Assembly: GCA_053919585.1 (NCBI GenBank)
Contig: CM132813.1
Direction: 5' to 3' (one strand)
DNA length: 64,000 bases
From: Euprymna scolopes
Lineage: Eukaryota
A program made the position numbers and the translations under genes. Position 1 is the stretch's first letter, and each line of letters starts with the position of its first letter. Positions 60,745 to 64,000 of the stretch are shown one piece after another. Below the pieces are notes generated by a model. That model searched no databases and had not been told where the DNA came from. It saw only the letters and a list, made by a program, of their open reading frames with translations.

Positions 60745-61808
60745 CTTTTCATAAAGGGAAATTATATAGATAAAATTCATGATGATACTAAACAGAGCGC
60801 ATAATTGATTGATCAGTTACCAATTGTGAATCTATCAAAAACAAAAACAAAAAGAGCATAAAGTTTTTGTGGTAGGGAAAAACACGACTCCGATATTTAT
60901 GCAACAAAGCAATTCGCTAAATGACCGATGGCATGTTGCAGTGGTAATATACAACCGCTGAAAGCAGTTGACATATCCAGCAGCCATCCATATTTACTAA
61001 CAGAATAATCTGCATCATGCAATTAGGCATAATAATGTAATTGAGGGTTATTCAAGCTAATGAAAATACAAGCAAAATTAAACCAACTAAAGTGACAAGC
61101 CTGAAGGAATTCTCTGCCAAGAGTCCGTGACTATTTCACTTATTTAAAAAACATTTGACATTAAATTGACATTGGATTTTATTTATTTTTAATTCAGAGT
61201 GCCCCTTTTTTGGAAACTGGATTTTCCCTACATTCAAAACACACAAACATCAAGTTATATATGGCAGGTAGGCGACAAGGCAGTGCTCCATGTAATGGTG
61301 TACCAGCAGCCTGCTGCAAAATGCCTTTCTGAACCTGCATGTCAAGCACATGTTTGCTGCACTGAACGGTGCCATCTGAAGTGTGTCCAACACAGTTGCG
61401 CCTCATGGATCACCTAAAACACTTTGTAGCTGAGGCTGGTTCAATCCTAATGAGCAAAATTTATACGCGTACCCGAGTTCTGTTAATGACGATGATATAT
61501 AACCTATGTAAGATTGGTAAAAAAATTTCAAAAATAAGAGCGCAATATTCATGCATCACAGAAAAGCAAAAAAACATTGATAGGTTCGGTTTCAAATACA
61601 AACAAAAGGGCTAATATCTGATAAACTTTGTTGAACTCTTCAGCTTGTTACATACAGCATGCAAGACACCATTTCTGGAAAGATATAAACAGAGGCTGAA
61701 AAGAGTGAAACAGAGGGCCAATATCTGGTTACCTATGTTTGGATTTGAAACTGACGGTACCAATGTTTTATTTTTTTTAATCTTCTGTAACAAATACAAA
61801 TGTACATA

Positions 61809-61867
61809 TATTAGGTTGGTGCAGATATATATATAAGTCAAAAAAACATTTTTGCACCAACCTTATA
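61809..61867. mobile_element. Ultra-short mariner MITE (MADE1-type)
   Basis: TA-TTAGGTTGGTGCA...TGCACCAACCTTA-TA. Confidence 0.8.
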
Positions 61868-63570
61868 TGAAACATTTTCTTGTACAAGATCTACTTCTAA
61901 ACTAATGAATCGATTAAAGATCTTGGAACACAGTAAGTGTAAGGAATATGCGCTATATGCAGGGTACAAACTTTGTGAAAATTCAGATACTTCAGATTTG
62001 CATGAAATTTTAATAGGTATTAGACATGAATTAATAAATATTCTCCAAATTTCAGTTTGTTTTTAATATTTTAAAGAATTTTTAGGAGGCAGAACATGAA
62101 TACAATCTCCCATTAAAACATTTTTTTTGTTTTCAGATTTGCATTAAATTTAACCCATAGTCATCAGACAGCAATTAAGCAAGATTTCTTTAATTTTAAT
62201 TTCTTAAGATCCTTTAAGTTAAAGCTAAAATTTTAGACATTTTCCAGAATAAAAATCATGTAATGGATTTTTAATCAAAATTGGAATAAAGATTTTAGAA
62301 ATAAGGTTTAGTATTATTATTATATTTGTGTAATAAAGCGCATATGAGCGCATGTGAAAATATTAGCAGTCGTTTGAGCACTGCACAAGTTTGCGCCAAA
62401 AGAAAGAAAAATAGGAGAGAAAAATACACCACTTGGTGAGGAGCAGAAAGAAAAAACGCTACAGGTGGACATGTGACCACATGGTAGTGGGGAGAGATTT
62501 TGAAGCTGGTGTACAGACAGCAGGGTGTTGTTAATCTTATGGCAGAGGAAACAAACAGAAAAAACAAGAAGCAAGCATTGTTTGGAAAGTAATTGTAATA
62601 AATGTCTTTTGCTAAAACAGAAAAAGCCGAACCGGATTTATTTTTGTTTGTTCCTTTTCAACGGTACCAGATAGCAGCGTTGGGGTCTGAAAGGTTTGAA
62701 CTGTAACAAACACAGCAACGGCAGTGGACCTTTATGGTGATTGAATGCAAATTGATTCCTATAAAAGCTAAGCAAATGGCTCTAATTGATTTCACCTAAA
62801 AGCAAGTTTCACAGGAAAGTGTAAACTCAAAATATTTCCCAACCAATAAAAATCGTTTCAAGCCCCAAAAGGTAACAAGTCTATGTAAAAATGGTAAGCC
62901 AGAAACTCTTATAAAACAAACAGCTAAAAGCTAGAGAGATAGGCAAACAGAAAAATACTCTTACCCACTAACGTGCACTAACAAAAACAAGGTAAACCAA
63001 CGCACATACATACAAAGCCATGCTGCCAAATACTCGCATTTGCACACACATTATGAACATTTTGATTATTTACTGAACTTTCTTTGCTAAACACGTGTTT
63101 TGTACTATAAACATTTTCATGATTGACAGTAATTTTCATATTCTTATATCTTGTATAAAAATGTCCTGTTATAAAATTTTGTATTCTCAATTTTTTCATT
63201 AACAAAACTAAGGTCTCATTTTATTTTTATATACGTGTATATCAGTTTTATTCCTTCGTTAAAACATAACATTTATACCTAAATTTAATTTGCGTATTAA
63301 TGTTATGCCTTAGTGAAAGAAATTAAATATCTGTGTGGTTCTTGGCAATACCATGACCTATGTAAAGATGACCCTTGCACTAAAGTCACATAACCTGATG
63401 TCACAGAAGTTCTTCCATTGTGTAAAATTGCAGAAGAAAATTAAAAATAACTATTTTCTTTTCCTAAAGACAAGGAATTATCTTCAATTTAAACACGTGC
63501 AATTAAAAGAATTTTTGCCGGGCAAATACAGTAAGGTAAAAGATATTTATGTTCTAAAATTTGTTTATGA

Positions 63571-64000
63571 TTAGCAGTTCAGTCCAGCTTTGTTCGGGTC
63601 CTATGTACTGTTCATCACTTTATGTGCATATGTATATATATATTAAAAAGTTTGACTTGTGTCCAGGTAACCTACATCTAAAATTTCCAGTGTTTAGACC
63701 CAAAATCGGCTAAGGAGTTTGGTAGAGTCTGCAAAGGTGAACTTTTTCAACTTTGACCTCTTGGCAGCCAAAATTTCGCCCAAAAACTGATTAAAAAGCT
63801 TGCTGCATGTCTGAATATCCATTATGTAAAATTTCAAATGTTTAGACCCAAAATTTGCTGAATAGTTTGCTAGACACCACAAAGGTCAAATCTTTTGAAC
63901 TTTGACTCCTTGGTAGCCAAATTTTCGTCCAAAAACCGATTAAAAAGTTTGCCTTGTGTCTGATTACATTTTATGTAAAATTTTAAATGTTTAGACCAAA
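63571..64000 (-). mobile_element. Helitron with ~149-bp internal array (same family as 25264-26194), runs off the window
   Basis: TAGCAGTTCAGTCCAGCTTTGTTCGGGTCC end; unit anchors at ~63681, 63830 and 63979. Confidence 0.8.

Noticed and set aside
62327-62707. Solo LTR (TG...CA ends, AATAAA)
   Set aside because: No TSD, PBS or PPT and no second copy in the window.

Overview
AT-rich, CpG-depleted animal (invertebrate-type) genomic DNA with two assembly gaps. It is dominated by transposable elements and probably lies in the long introns of a minus-strand host gene, of which only a few short candidate exons are visible and none could be identified. The only long intact ORF (3165-4625) sits inside a young 3.0-kb element with ~140-bp imperfect terminal inverted repeats (2405-5426) and no clear target-site duplication. 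That element has an in-frame GT-AG intron, a three-copy 183-bp subterminal array, and encodes what looks like the C-terminal half of a divergent hAT-like transposase plus a Tudor-like domain. Other notable content: at least four unrelated families of short palindromic elements whose arms carry Penelope-type minimal hammerhead-ribozyme motifs; two families of 5S-rRNA-derived SINEs; head-to-tail Helitrons, some with ~150-bp internal satellites and some with tRNA-like Pol III boxes; hAT, mariner and pogo-type MITEs; CR1/L2-, RTE- and R4-type LINE remnants; perfect spacerless palindromes; and a candidate recursive splice site. All family assignments come from motif recognition by eye, not from database searches, and boundaries of old repeats are approximate.
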